NCBI GenBank assembly: GCA_000934665.2
Contig: KZ538875.1
Span: 1 to 43,664 of the forward strand
Direction: 5' to 3'
DNA from: Catajapyx aquilonaris
Lineage: Eukaryota
DNA: 43,664 bases
Of the stretch, positions 1 through 12,907 are shown piece by piece (positions within the stretch are counted from its first letter, which is position 1; the number at the start of each line of letters is the position of its first letter). The notes below the pieces were generated by a model. The model saw only the letters and a program-made list of their open reading frames with translations, was not told the DNA's origin and made no database searches. Both the position numbers and the translations under genes were made by a program.

Positions 1-379
1 GGGGGGGGGGAATCCTTGCACGGATTTGGCCCAAATTGTGGTATTGTGCAATCTAGAGGTCGTTCTGTGGCACAAGACGTCGGCACAATGACAAAAAATT
101 TAGGAAATTCACGACTCCACAAAGGACAATTTGACAATTTATGTACACACGCATAATATGTACACGACACGCACACCGAATAAGAAAATAAATAATAGAA
201 AAGGAAGTACAATAGTATGATTGCAAAACCAGTTCAACAAATTCTGATTTTCATTAGCCACAATGTAATGCGGTGCTCTCATCACCGTACAGGGCAATAT
301 TTTTTCCCGTCCATTCATCTCACCTGCCCAACGAGAATTATATATAAAAAACCGACTTGACGCCCATTACGTTCCTCTA

Positions 380-1130
380 ATTAAGTGTGAGACAGGCACG
401 TATCCTAATCCTAACGGCCCTGCTGTGCGCCTAATAAATAGACAAGACCTATCCTTTGTGCTGTGGGACTACGAATATAATGAGTTTCTTGAATCATACC
501 TTCCGGTTCGGGACACCAAAAGTTGCCAAACGGTTATAAAATTCTCTACGCAGATGCGGAATACTCCGGAGTTAATTATGCCGGATGAAGAAGCTCCGTT
601 TATACAATCGTAATTGCAGTTCTCACGAGGACAATTATACAACTATAATTGCAAAAATAAAATTCCTCCTCTCATCAAACCCTCCACCTGAGGTTTTTGA
701 CTCCAATAAAATGATGCTGAGGATTCCATTACTCGACACGTATACCTTATACGTTTCAAAAAATTTCCCAAACGCTTCAAATGTACATTAATGAACTTAA
801 TACAATAGCTGGTTTGAAAGAAATAAGTAGACCTACTATATGTATGGTAGAAACATAAATTCGAGATTTTGTGGCTTATGTTTTCTATATGTCGCCAACG
901 TTTTGGATAACGCCAGAATGGCCAACCTTCTTCCGGAGGTCATTTCCTGTTGCTTCCCAAAAATGTCATATCATATCCGTGTCTTTGTCCGCACTAAGTG
1001 ACGAAAAATACAGGCCTCGATGTCAAGAGGCGAGAGAGCCTGATTCCCTCACAATGAGCCTCACAATACTAATGAATAATAAAAGCCCCTTAGAATATCG
1101 GGAGTGCCTATCAGGTTTCGCCTTCAAAGG
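380..1130 (+). pseudogene. Decayed NACHT-domain (NLR-like) fragment A
   Basis: Reading across stops and frameshifts gives motifs in NACHT order: HVS*S*RP (397-420; cf. VxITSRP), FLESYL...QMRNTPEL...APF (ORF 425-613), MYINELNTIAGL (781-816; cf. LxxLGxxAxxGL) and LDNARMANLL (903-932; cf. AxxxGLL). Matched by eye only. Confidence 0.3.
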
Positions 1131-1460
1131 CTCCTTTTCTTATGGATATGACCCAAGGGGGTGTGCATATGCAGATGCCCTAGGCCCCTATCCCAAACCC
1201 ACCCTCCCTCCCCCTTGGAAAATTCGCCTTCCCAAAGCTTCCGGTAAACACCTTGTGTCCATAAACAAGCACAAAAGCAGGGACCGTTAGTGGAGGCTAC
1301 TCTTTCAGATGGATACGTGAGGAAGTGGAGGTGGGTCAGCTTATCATACAGACTCCTCTCTCATTCGCTCACTCAACTCACCCCCTTGTTCCTTGAAGGA
1401 TGGTGAAGGCACGTGCCCGCTGTCAGCCTCCACTTCTTCCACCCTACAGCTGTTCAGCCT

Positions 1461-1492
1461 AGGAAGGACGGAAGGAAGGAAGGAAGGAAGGA
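1461..1492. repeat. (GGAA)n microsatellite, imperfect
   Basis: aggaaggacggaaggaaggaaggaaggaagga is seen directly. Confidence 0.85.
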
Positions 1493-1559
1493 GCAGATGA
1501 AGACAAGGTGAAAGGGATCCCTAGATGACCTCCACCCACCTTTACCACTAATGGACACG

Positions 1560-1900
1560 CAGTCTTAACCCTTGCCCATTCTGATTTCCGGTTCCTCTTA
1601 TAACCAACCAGTAACAGTACGAACTCAGCCATTGTCGTTGCCAACAATCAGCGAGTTCCATCTGCCCAAATCCGGCTATCAAATATCTATGCTAAAACTG
1701 TCCTGCTCTTACACGCTTTGGGTAAATATTCAAAGATGATTGCCAATATAGGCGCCATCTCCTCATTACCCAAATTCCACATCCTCAAAAAACTGACTTA
1801 AAATGTAAAACAAATTCAAGAATTCGAGCCAGGTCTCAATCGAGAAACATAAATAGCCCCTCTTCAAATCCTGAATATGTCGTTTCGGTCGAGCCAAAAA
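1560..1900 (-). mobile_element. Decayed LINE (CR1/L2-like) ORF2 fragment upstream of the RT core
   Basis: The minus strand reads EEMAPILAIIF around 1736-1765, resembling the EIAPxLxxIF motif that precedes LINE RT. The flanking frames are broken. Confidence 0.25.
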
Positions 1901-3449
1901 ATGCAAATTGGCTCTATCGTGCGTGTGGGACACTGTGGGCGCCCAATTAGGGCCTCGCAACAAGGGCAAGGTGAAGGTGAAGAGCCCCGTGCAGCGCTTT
2001 TTTGGTTGCCCATTGCGTGCATGGCCATGGGCTCTTCCTCTGCATTGCTTCTTACGAGCATGCCAGATGTTGATGGTAGAAAAAAACGAAGCAATGGGAC
2101 AAAGTAAATAAAAATGGCGAAATCTGAAAAATGCCTTTTCTCACACATGGAATCGGTCCAAGTTTCCGGTCAGGTCCATCCAATTGCCGGGTTTCAAATC
2201 TCAAACAGTTATGATGGGGGGGGGCCACATGACTCCCAAAATTGATAGGTTGATCGGACTGCCCCGGAAGTGGTCGTAACCACCTTTTTTGGGGTGCCTG
2301 TAGGCTGAGTCAGAGGAATTGGGAGCTTCTCCTATATACTCTTCCTTATATTCTGAGGGTTCCCGGAAGTCCTTTCAGGCTGTCATATGACGCCGGACTT
2401 CCTCATTTCTAAATAAATTCTAAATCGCAGAGGAAGTGTTTGTCTGGATGGAAATCCGGGGAGGAGGATAAGCTTGTGCATGATTAATTAATAACTCATA
2501 GAACTTTTCTCTATGGCCTGCTATATACTGATGCGCCCCCCCCCCCTCCTAGGCATCCGGTTCGGGTTACTTAGAACTAGTTTTTTAACTGGATGAACGG
2601 AAGTCTTCCTGTTCTTACAGAGTCTTTCCCGCCAATTCCTTAGCTAACAATGCGGCGCGAGCCTATATGTGCATGGGCGCGAATATTTTTAACTGAACCG
2701 GAAGTAAGAATTATTGCTCGTTCACAGAGGCCAGGACAAAAGAGGGGAAAAAATAACAGCCAAAGTTCACAAAAGCCCACAATTTCAGGCATAAAAGAGT
2801 ATTACAGAACATTTCAAACTAAAAATGGCCATTGTGACCTTAATGTGCCTCAATTTGAGTATAGGAAAAGGCGGCTCCTACCTCCACATTCTGTGATCCT
2901 GACTCAGCCTATTGTATTATGCAACAAATAGCTATGTCAGACTGAAAGTCAAAATGTTGACTCACGCGCTTAATTATATTCATACTGTTATAAGTTTATG
3001 AGTCTGGATTTGAATGATATATACAGGTATGATATCCGAGAGCGTTCCTGTCCTTTCCGAACATAAGCTGCTATACCTTGAAAGCTCACTACTGCAGCAG
3101 GCCTACACAGCTATATAGTATAATGTCTGAATGTTCAAAGAAATTTATTCGGGTCGTCATGAATAGTAAATGAAGCAGGCCAAGTTCAGCAATTAGTTTT
3201 TCTCGTGTTAACCTTTTTTTCCGGCCAAAGCCAATTAGCAGCTGTAACGGACTTACTTATTTCACACAATAAGGTGGGACTAATACAACACTTAAAATAT
3301 TTAAATTGAACGAGTGTATACATATGCTTTGCGTTGTTAAACATTTATATAACTGGACCACATTTCATTCAAGAAGTACTCTAGTGAATCTAGCGTTATA
3401 TAAGACAGAATATATTAATAAATAATTCAGCATATGATGCAAAAAAAAC

Positions 3450-4000
3450 AAAAAAAAAACATTTTTATACCTCAATGCGTAGCTGTGCATTCGAGTATAC
3501 AAGTACAATCCTTGAACATGCCTAAGACTTAAATATATTCGTAGCAATATTGAGAGCCGCATTTTTTGCGCAGAACTTTTCGTTTCTTCTATATCTTCGC
3601 TTCAAAAGCGAAAAGTAGGTATGCGTGTCTAATGTTTATACTGTCGAAAGGTGTACAACCTCTTTATAGACCACAGGTGTACGTATACTGCAGCATATAT
3701 CTGCCATCTGCGAACTCAGGGTCTGCCATGCGTCCGAGATTGACTGATATAAAAAAAACCAGGCAAAAGTGTCTAATTGCAACTCCTATAAGAAGGGCAA
3801 TTGATTCCAGTTTACCAATCCTTGTAGCTATCCGTCATCGTTTCAACCACCTGGTATTTTTTTTAAACCTCTAAACATGGTCAAACCTTCCGTTTCCCTG
3901 CTGTGCGCACTCCTAGATCCATCTGCTAGTAGAAATCGAGCACATGCTCCTGTTCTTGCATACCACACATGCAGAATATACGCATTTAAATCAAAACTAT
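3450..4000 (-). pseudogene. Decayed NLR-like fragment B (post-NACHT helical region)
   Basis: Minus-strand RYMLQYTYTCGL (3667-3702) followed by AYLLFAFEAK (3595-3624) resembles the xYVLRFxCGL...LCxxE segment after NACHT winged helices. Stops are present. Confidence 0.3.
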
Positions 4001-6726
4001 TTATATCAACATAATAACCATTCTAATAATTTTTAAGATTATCTGCTCTCGTCCTGTTTAAAAATGGTGCTGGTTCCTGCTGTTAGATTCATTAACGGAT
4101 TTTCAGAAGCACTTAATTAGGATCAAAATACTGTATATTTGAAAATACTGCATAAAATACTGTACAATGCATTATAATAAAACTGGCATGTAAAAGCAAA
4201 CTGATTCTCACTCAGTGAGTCTTATGACATATTTACTTTTCCCACATTAACAACTTCCTCTGATTTGCAAAAAAATTAAAAAATTAACCCTGGGGCTCCA
4301 ACTACGTGGACAGGAGAAAATAAGCGACGTCAATTGACACTCACGTCCCCCCTCTCCCATGTGAGCTCTCTCACGCGAGTTTCCTCCGGGGGGGGGGCTG
4401 TTGACAAGTAAATAATAAAAAAAACTAACCCACCTGTCCCCGTTCCCTGCCAATTCCGATATGCATTTGCCGAATCACTCGTCACATCACGTCATTACCC
4501 ACCACAATTTCAATAGTGGCAGAATCTTTCACACTGGTCAAATATATGACACTAATTGGCAGCCATTCACAGCCTTCGACCTCACTTGATTGCATAAACT
4601 ACATCACGTAATAATGACGTCATTGATCTAAAATGATTCCAGTTTCATGTAATAAAATTTAATGGTGTGAAAGTGGTATAGAGCATGTAGTTCAGGTTGA
4701 ACACTTACATACTGTATTACTTGTAATCGCGACTAACTTCTCATCCGGAAGTAGGGGGAGGGGGGGGGGGTTAACCTGGGTTAACACACTTGACATGTCC
4801 GATTTTATGATATTTTCCTGTCCTGAAAGCCAGGCACATTTTGATGGAGTCAGACGGATCACTCAACTTCATATGACATGACGAATAAGTTACAACTGGC
4901 TACACTGGTTTAAGCCAGAAGAGGGCACCTGATGGCCAACGGAAGGGGACAAGACACGAAAAAAAATTAAAGGAAAGGGGAAAGACGAGGGGTGTGCTTG
5001 AAAGCCAACTGACTCTGGGACTATCATCTGCTGGGTGCGTGCGATGACTATATGAACATAACAGTCACGTACGGAGTCTGACCGAGAGCATACAAATCCC
5101 GCGATGTTCACACATCAAAATGGCGCCTTTTTCCGCAACGATGCTTCCCCCTTCCGGTCACGTGTCCCAAGTATTTCCCGCCTTCGTCCACCCCCATTCA
5201 GATCTATCAGGCTGACCCCTTCCCTTACCTACCCTTTGCATTTCTATTATATAATCAACATCCCGTGGGCACTAGTGAAAGCATTTCCGACCAAAGGGGG
5301 TCAAATGCAAACCGGAAGCGTAGCGTGTGCGGTTATGTCCGCTTGTGAGGGGGTCTCACCATGGCGGGAAATAGGGAATAAGTCACAGGGGGGGGGGACT
5401 TTTCGACTTTTTCCGCTCACTGGTGTCCCTTACTATATTTTGATTATTATTTCCGAGGGGTTGAAGGGTTGCCTATTACTCGTTTCCTTTCACGCGATAT
5501 TCAAAAATTGAGTTTGACAATGGCATGGGGAATATGAAACGGGCCGTTGCCAACAATTATATTTTGCAGGTGAAAATGCACGCTTGCTGGGAACTAACTT
5601 GATGTGTTTCTCTTACTTTTTTGTATAGCAATGTGTGAGGGCACTTTCAGATGTGCTGCCTCCGATTCCCATATTTTGTTTTTTCTTCCTTACATCTTTT
5701 TTGTAAGTGGATGAAACGTTCTCTAGAACAATTACGAGAACACGCGAGCATACTCAGCTATAGGGAGACGCGTGCTGCAGGTGTAAGTAGTTCGTCCAAG
5801 GGCTTCTGGAATATGTGTCGGCAAGGCAAGGGTTTAAATATTCGGGGGCAATTGGTCAGAATGATGCCTTATGTAAGAGCAACAAAAAATATCTTTACTG
5901 CCAGTAATTTTTTATGGTTCCTAGACTCACGTACAAAGTCTGTCTAATAATTAGCATACATTTTATGTAACATGATTTGCAATCAAATGTACACTATTTC
6001 TCGCACAAGCTGAATATTATTGAGTGCAAAACGATCTGCATTGTTTTTACTGAAGGAAGGCTGACTTTAGAGCAATTAATCTAAAAATTTGATTACAAAT
6101 TAATTTACTTAACCGAGTAGAACCACAGAGAAAGCTCACCTTATTTGTCGTGTATAAAAACCCGAAAGTTGTAAAAAAAATGGTCAAAGTATACCATATC
6201 AGCCGAGGATAATTGGAGTCAGTTCCAGTTGTTAGTTTTTTTCATTTGGCACACAATTTCCACACAAATTTTTCGGTGTTCTCCTGAGACATATCCTGAA
6301 AAAAATAATCCGCCACTGCCTTAAATTTTATCACATATACCACCCTTAGAGCAGTTTTGACTGTAAACTGCGTCAACAACAATAAAAGCCTGACCTATAT
6401 TTTCCCTCCCAGCCAGTAGTCATCCTCCCAACTATTTTTTCCCCCCTTTTGGGGCATGAAATTGAGATGAATAGCCCAGCACTTCCTCTGATACGAGTCG
6501 CTCAATCAACGGAAGACCGCGATTTAATGCTACTCTAACCATGGAGACAGGACTCTGAAGGTTAATAACTATCCAGTTTCCTCCTTTTCTCACCTGTCAC
6601 ACTATGAAATGTCTCCGAGTTAGGTGAGTTATGCTGGACGTACGCACCTGGCCAAAGCTTGTTTCAAGGGTAAGATGGGTTAGAAAGGAACAAAGATACA
6701 CACACAATATTGTAGCCTCCCCCTCT

Positions 6727-6752
6727 CACACACAACCCACACACACACACAC
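6727..6752. repeat. (CA)n microsatellite, imperfect
   Basis: cacacacaacccacacacacacacac is seen directly. Confidence 0.8.
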
Positions 6753-7414
6753 TGACAAGTAGGTCAAAAGAATTGTCTTCTTTTCACTTCATTATTCATG
6801 GCTTTGTTTCGCTTTCTTAGGTCGGAGGCCTCGTATACTAACAAGTCTTCTCCAAGACCGTTTGTTGTGCATGTATGGAATTCATTATGTGGGCATTGTT
6901 GTCGAATCAATGCCTTTGACATGAACTGTTAGAGGTCATATATGCTGTAGAGAGGTAAGCTGATGGCTCTCCTTAGAAAGAAAGCGTGAAAGTTTATGTG
7001 CACTTCATATCTTGCTCTGGTTGTAATTTCCGATAACAATAATGTAGAAAATTATAAACCTTGTTCGAGCTCAGCGTTTAGTAACATGCAATAAAAGGTA
7101 ACCTTTATCGTTCAACACACGTCTGCAAAAAAAAGTCGAATTTACGATTGTTTATATGAGAACCCATCACAATAGAAAGTCTGCCCCGAACCCTTTATTA
7201 AAGATTGCTGCTTGATGTAACGACGTGTCAAGGATAGCCGCCAGGCCTTGAGAAATCTATACTTTTCACACAAAACCATTGGTTATAACATTGGACTCGG
7301 CACCCATCTGACCTTCCATACAGGCTTAATCAGCATGTAAGAAGCTAAAAGAGACCTACAAAAAAAATCCTATCATATTGGTGGCAAAATTACTCCTAAA
7401 AAGTGGGCCACCCA

Positions 7415-8240
7415 TTGTATATAGCCCACCTGTTTAGAAAAGATGGGGCCCTCAAAAAATCAAGGACCCATCTCTTCCTATATCCACACTAAAATATACA
7501 GCCAGGAAAAAAAAAAAAAGAAGAGAGAGACCCCCAACACACAAAAGAATCACGACCAGTGTGTACCGTACTTCAAGAAATCTGAGGCCATGTGGACAAG
7601 ACAGGTGCAATAAGGGCAGGAAGAAACATATTGCAGCAGGTGCCATGCATCAGGAAGTGCCCATGAGACGGCCACCTTGGCGACCAATCACAACAACGAT
7701 TGACATTCTCATTACCACACTATAGTATTGCGTCCAACCTAATTGCATACAATACTCAAAGCCTACCAACAGAGCTAATAGTACAACAAAGGGTGCTCCA
7801 AAGTGTGAATGGGTTATTGCGGCAGGTGTGGTGACGTCACCATTACACGGCAGGACAGGTGTGGGCACGTGCCCGGCCACACTTGAAATGCATCCTCACA
7901 TGCACAGGAGGAAGAGAAGCATCATGCAGGCACCTTGCCCACTTGAATATCAACGCCGACCAATTATTAGGAATATCGGAGAAAGAGTGTCCCGGCTTGG
8001 GCAGGTGCCACAGAAAGGTTTTACACACCTTATGGTACAAGGATTAGATGCAGTATACCAAATTCTACTCGTGTTGGCCTGCTGCATTTCTGACTGGTTA
8101 ATGGTATCGTCCTTAGGGGCAGGGGTTATTAAAAATGGTGCTGTAATTATCGAGTGGGATGAGTGCCGATATGAATTTAAAGCACTCGGAAGGAGTATTA
8201 ATGCCTTTATGGTTCCACCCCCCTGCAAGGCCGCAATGGC
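7415..8240 (-). mobile_element. Decayed Penelope-like element, GIY-YIG endonuclease region
   Basis: Motifs appear in Penelope order across frames: IRCVKPFCGTCP, FKCGRARAHTCP (cf. CxxxRCxTC), VLYAIR (cf. VIYxIxC), VIGRQGGRL (cf. YIGxTxRxL), then SLIF...TGGLY (cf. LIFxLxTxxPxGLN). Confidence 0.45.
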
Positions 8241-10812
8241 TTAAATTAGAACCAATCGTGAGAAAGGAAATGGCATTGATTGATAACAATCAATATTAAG
8301 ATAATATTATGCACCTTTATTATGTAACCAACTTTTCAGATATTGATCGAATAGCAATTTCACAAGCTGACTTACGCTAACATTGGCTGAGAAGAATGTA
8401 GTCTGTGCGTATCAAAGCAGCATTCGGAAGACATCTAGGGTTGTACTAATGCTTTATTTATTTATATAATGTGCTAGCTGTACATGTACCGGTACTATAG
8501 GCTAATAATATTATATTAATATTATTGATATCTCAACACCCTTTAATTAGCTCGGCTAACAATATTGGCAAATTAATTTTCCAAATAACTGATTGACAAA
8601 CGACCTACGACAACTTCATGGTTATTTACAAGCAGGTATATTAGTAAAGTTATGGTATGTCATGTCAGAGTTTGTTCCTCACAGACAGTTGGAGTTGGGC
8701 TGTGTGTCACCTAATAAAGCCAAGCAAAAAAGCTCCTAAAACCGACGGTTGTGACGTTTAACTCAACCCATCATTACAAAGTCTTTGGAACCAGCTTAAA
8801 TGACTATGTATTGTAGGGAATAAAGGAAGAATGTTTGCCGAATTCCGGCCCCTGAATATAATACCGGCTACCATGCCTACAAATTTAGTAATGCACCGCG
8901 GTTGGATCGCATTTCCTACATTTGGAAAAAGGCGGATACAAAAATCTTGCTTTTCCAGTTTCCGTTCCCAAGTCAGTCATACGAACTTTCCGACTTTCAG
9001 CAGCTGAAAGAACCCCCATGCTGCGAAAAATAGAGGCCTGATCAGGAAAAAAGAGAAAAAAATGGCTTGGCTCCAAGATAAAGAGATCTCAACGGCACAA
9101 CTTGCCGGATTTTCCAAAATGGAAAGAAAAAACTTAGGGAGCTCTAACACAAAACGGGCGGAAAAAGTAAACGGTCGATTGTCAAGTGCAGGAGAGGACC
9201 ACCTGAAAGATATCGGCACTCCTTTTGTTTCTATGCACACGAGGCAGCTGGCAGTTGCTGGGGAAAAAGTTTGATCAAGGGAACGTCGGTTGCAGCTTCT
9301 TATTTGTCCCTCTGGACCAATTTGAATGGAGACCAGAATCTCCACCCTTTCGGACCGGTCCATCTGGTTCTCTGACTTCCAACTGCAAGAAATCCCAAAG
9401 TAGTTTTCAGCTGCAGTTTGCATTAAATGGCCGCATGCTCATTCAAAGTCATCCCGCTCTGAACGCAGTCTGGTGGCCAAGGAATGGAACCGTTAATTTT
9501 TCAACCGCTCATTGTAAATTCAACATCCCGCAGATTTTTTTTTTTTTTTTTTTTTTTTTTGAAAAATACAGATCCAGCAAAAAGAAGTGTCTTCGGTTTT
9601 CGCAACGGGCCTGTGGGCAATCAGTGCCACTTTTCCACTGACTGAACGGCGCATGTCCAGCACACGTAGTTCCTCGCCGATACCCCGGATTGTTTTTTTT
9701 TTTTGGCGAAAAAAAAAACCGTATCTCGGACGAGCAGCCAGGCGAACCTCTTTCAAACAGATGCGCCTTTCTAGACCACCAAACTCTCCGCACCTGGACA
9801 CTTCTCGTCGTCTAGAAACCAAGACTCTGTATCTCTCCGGTTTGTGTTTACACACTTCATGCCCCTCACTCGACAAGAAAACCCATCTCGTCCCCGAGAT
9901 ATTATATCTCCCTATTGTCAATAACCGCAGCTGTAGGGTGTGTATAGCTTCTCTGATAAATATGGATCCTTCCTGGAGACGGACCAGCACCTGGCTGGAA
10001 AAACTTTGCCTATTTCTCTTCCCGGTTTTAATTCTGAACCCTACCTACTTACGACTCCAGAAGACCATCTGCCCGCCTTCTTCCAGAACTTATTTTTTTA
10101 TATTGTGTTTTAAGGGCGCGTAGCGTTTGTTTAGTCAATGGGTCCATTCAAGCAGCTTTTGTTCCTTCAACAAACTCCTTATACCGGCTTCCTTCTCATC
10201 TCGGCCTGTTTTTCTTATCAGATATTATCCCTCCCCTCTTTTTGGATGTACAATTATTCATGCGTGTTGACGACATAAATCCCGTTTCTAGCCCAACTGC
10301 TTGTGAATGAAGGAACTCCACGTAAAAGCACAACAGGAACACGATTTTTTTTTTTTTGAAAAATATAATAAAAAATGATGCCTGCCTACCCTTACCGCCT
10401 CAAACGAAAACGTGCTCAAACAACCAAAATGTGACCAAACGCCGATATTTTTTATGGGCTTAGTTTACAATTTTGAAGGAAAAAAGGGCATATGGCGACC
10501 CAACGCTGATGGCATTCGTGCATCTCAAATATACGTACAAAAGTTCCCGGAACTTTTTTTTTTGTCATGAAACTTGAAAATGAACGGTACTGATGGAAGA
10601 TTCGGCCATTACCAGGTGTCCACTAATCTATCCCTGCAGACCTCCCCACCTTGTACATAAGAGAAATCTCCACCCCACCCCACCGCCTTCAACAACAAGG
10701 TAAACAAGGAGGACAAGCAAGTCCTTGTGCTTGTGGCTCGTGCCAGCTGTCAGAGCTTTTCTCTCGAGGCCCCTCCTTTATCTTACAAGACCTTTTATCT
10801 TGCATCTTTAGC

Positions 10813-10837
10813 TAGAGAGAGAGAGAGAGAAAGAGAG
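10813..10837. repeat. (GA)n microsatellite
   Basis: tagagagagagagagagaaagagag is seen directly. Confidence 0.85.
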
Positions 10838-11051
10838 GACGACGGAAACAACTGCCGGGGTTTCTGGCGCCGGCGCCACATAACCTTTGATTACAGCTGC
10901 TCCTTTTTTGTGGTGCCAATCTCTACATCGGTAGGCTCAATCCGATCCAATATTGGTTTGTAGGAGGTCTGTATGCTGCGTGTTATCGTGAAGGATATCT
11001 ATATAATGCAGGCAACTTGAATACGCGGAGATTTTGTGTTCGTGCATAAAA

Positions 11052-11414
11052 TTACACATAATTTGCAATAGACATTAGTGATAGTGCATAATTTGCGTGG
11101 ATTGAGTCAAGCATTAGGTCATATTCAGTAATTGATTGTTGTAGAAAAGAAAAGAGAACTATTACTGCTTCTTGAATTATATACAGGTTCAATTTTTCAT
11201 GATAATAGCTCATGGTGCAATCTGTCCAAATTATCATTAGTATCCAAAAACCGCTTTCATGTCGATATTGGCACCGCCAATAAACTTGATATGGAAATCC
11301 ATCATGGTTAACGTTTGATCGGCGCCTGTATAACATCAATTTGAATGATTCATTAATATTTTGCGGGTATAAAAGGAAGATAACATTTCTTTGCGCCATC
11401 GCCTCTTTCTTCAT
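11052..11414 (-). pseudogene. Possible death-effector-domain (DED)-like exon or remnant
   Basis: The 120-aa open frame has a DED-like hydrophobic pattern, SFKLMLY...ESGFWILMII...LNLYIIQEAV...LQQSITEY. No confirmed splice structure. Confidence 0.3.
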
Positions 11415-11439
11415 ACCTGGTAGGGGTCACCCTTCATGT

Positions 11440-11440
11440 G

Positions 11441-11530
<90 letters not shown>

Positions 11531-11573
11531 ATAATAATAATAATAATAATAATGATGATGATGATGATGATAA
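11440..11573. repeat. Compound trinucleotide microsatellite (AAT)n(AGT)n(AAT)n(GAT)n
   Basis: Seen directly. It explains the poly-N/S/D, poly-I/V/M and poly-L ORFs in the track. Confidence 0.97.
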
Positions 11574-12907
11574 TTCAATATATATTACTGTATATATTAA
11601 ATAAAAATTATTGCGGAACAATCTGACGTCCGAAATAATAAAAAAACATAATGATCTAGTGGACGCCGTGCAATAAGTTCAAGGGCAAAAAAATATTACT
11701 GTTTTGAAAATGTCCATCTGGTCTCCTGCATTACAGTCGATCGTGGGAAAAAAATCTCGTGTTACAATTACCCACTTTTTCCTTTCAGCCTGTTCCGCCT
11801 ATTGGCCTCACTTCCTCTAAAAGGCATCCAGTAAATGAGCATCAGTAGGGTTTCCAAAGTCACTCTTGGGGCTGTCCCTAAATGACCGAAAATTCACAAA
11901 GAAAGGAGCACCGGTATGGGGGGGAAGGGAAAAAAAGAGGAGTCCTAACGATACTCATGGGTCTCATTTAAACCACCTCTGTCATTTTCTCTAACTGGAC
12001 ACGTAAGTGTTCCCCNCCCCCCCCCTCACACTGTACCTACCCTCCCTCATCCCCGCCTTACCGTTAAAAAAATTGGTCCTTGTCAATATCACTCTTGTCC
12101 GCCCATCTTTCCAACGAGTGAAGGAAGAGTGATTCGACGTATTTTTTGTGCTCGAAAAAGAAAAGAACCGCGCTTTTCACTTTTTGGGAGGTTGCGTTTT
12201 ACGCAAAAAAGGAAAATAAAAAACCTTTATGCCATTATGTGGAACAACCATGTTTTTATATCGCAAGATTCCACCTGCTGTTGACTAACAATGTGCACGA
12301 TCTCAGCCTATACCAGGTGATGCAAGTTGTGTATTTTTCTGAAGATGGCAAAAATGGGGGCATTTAAGGTGGCCGCACATAATGCCGGTATTTAGTAAAA
12401 CGCGAGGTAAATAAATCCTGTCTGTCAACATGAAAGTTTTCTTTTTAAATTTTAGAATTAACACGCTACACACCATTTCGATGGCCATCATTAAGACAAG
12501 GGAAAGAAAGAATATAGCAGACGACGATTTATATAACGAGCAGTGAATGTACCTTCGCAATGAGTACACAAAAATTTGACTTTAAAATATGAAAACCCGG
12601 TGCAAATTCATAAGTTTTCAAGCTGCAATAATTATTCGTAACGGTAAACACACCCCTTAACCCTAACCTGTTTATATACAAGTCTGACAAATTCTCTCAC
12701 TTATTCTGTCAGAAAACCCTGACGCAATCTATTGTTACGTGATTCGGATTAATTTGCATAAACCAGGTCGAGCAAAACACGACCAATTTAAACAAAAAGC
12801 AAAGTCACATACCTAAGTTAAACTCAACCCCAACAAATTGAGCAAAACCTTGAATTCTTAATTACTATAATGACCACAAGTACACCTCTTTCTCCCCCTA
12901 GTTTTGC

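Noticed and set aside
8880..10250. Long overlapping ORFs (148-178 aa), possibly LINE ORF1 esterase plus APE endonuclease on the minus strand
   Set aside because: Only faint hints (RKGG; LELPKFFLSIL) are present, with no catalytic GDFN/SDH motifs. Too decayed to call.
11341..11626. ORFs with poly-N/S/D, poly-L and poly-I/V/M tracts
   Set aside because: These are translations of the compound microsatellite, not genes.
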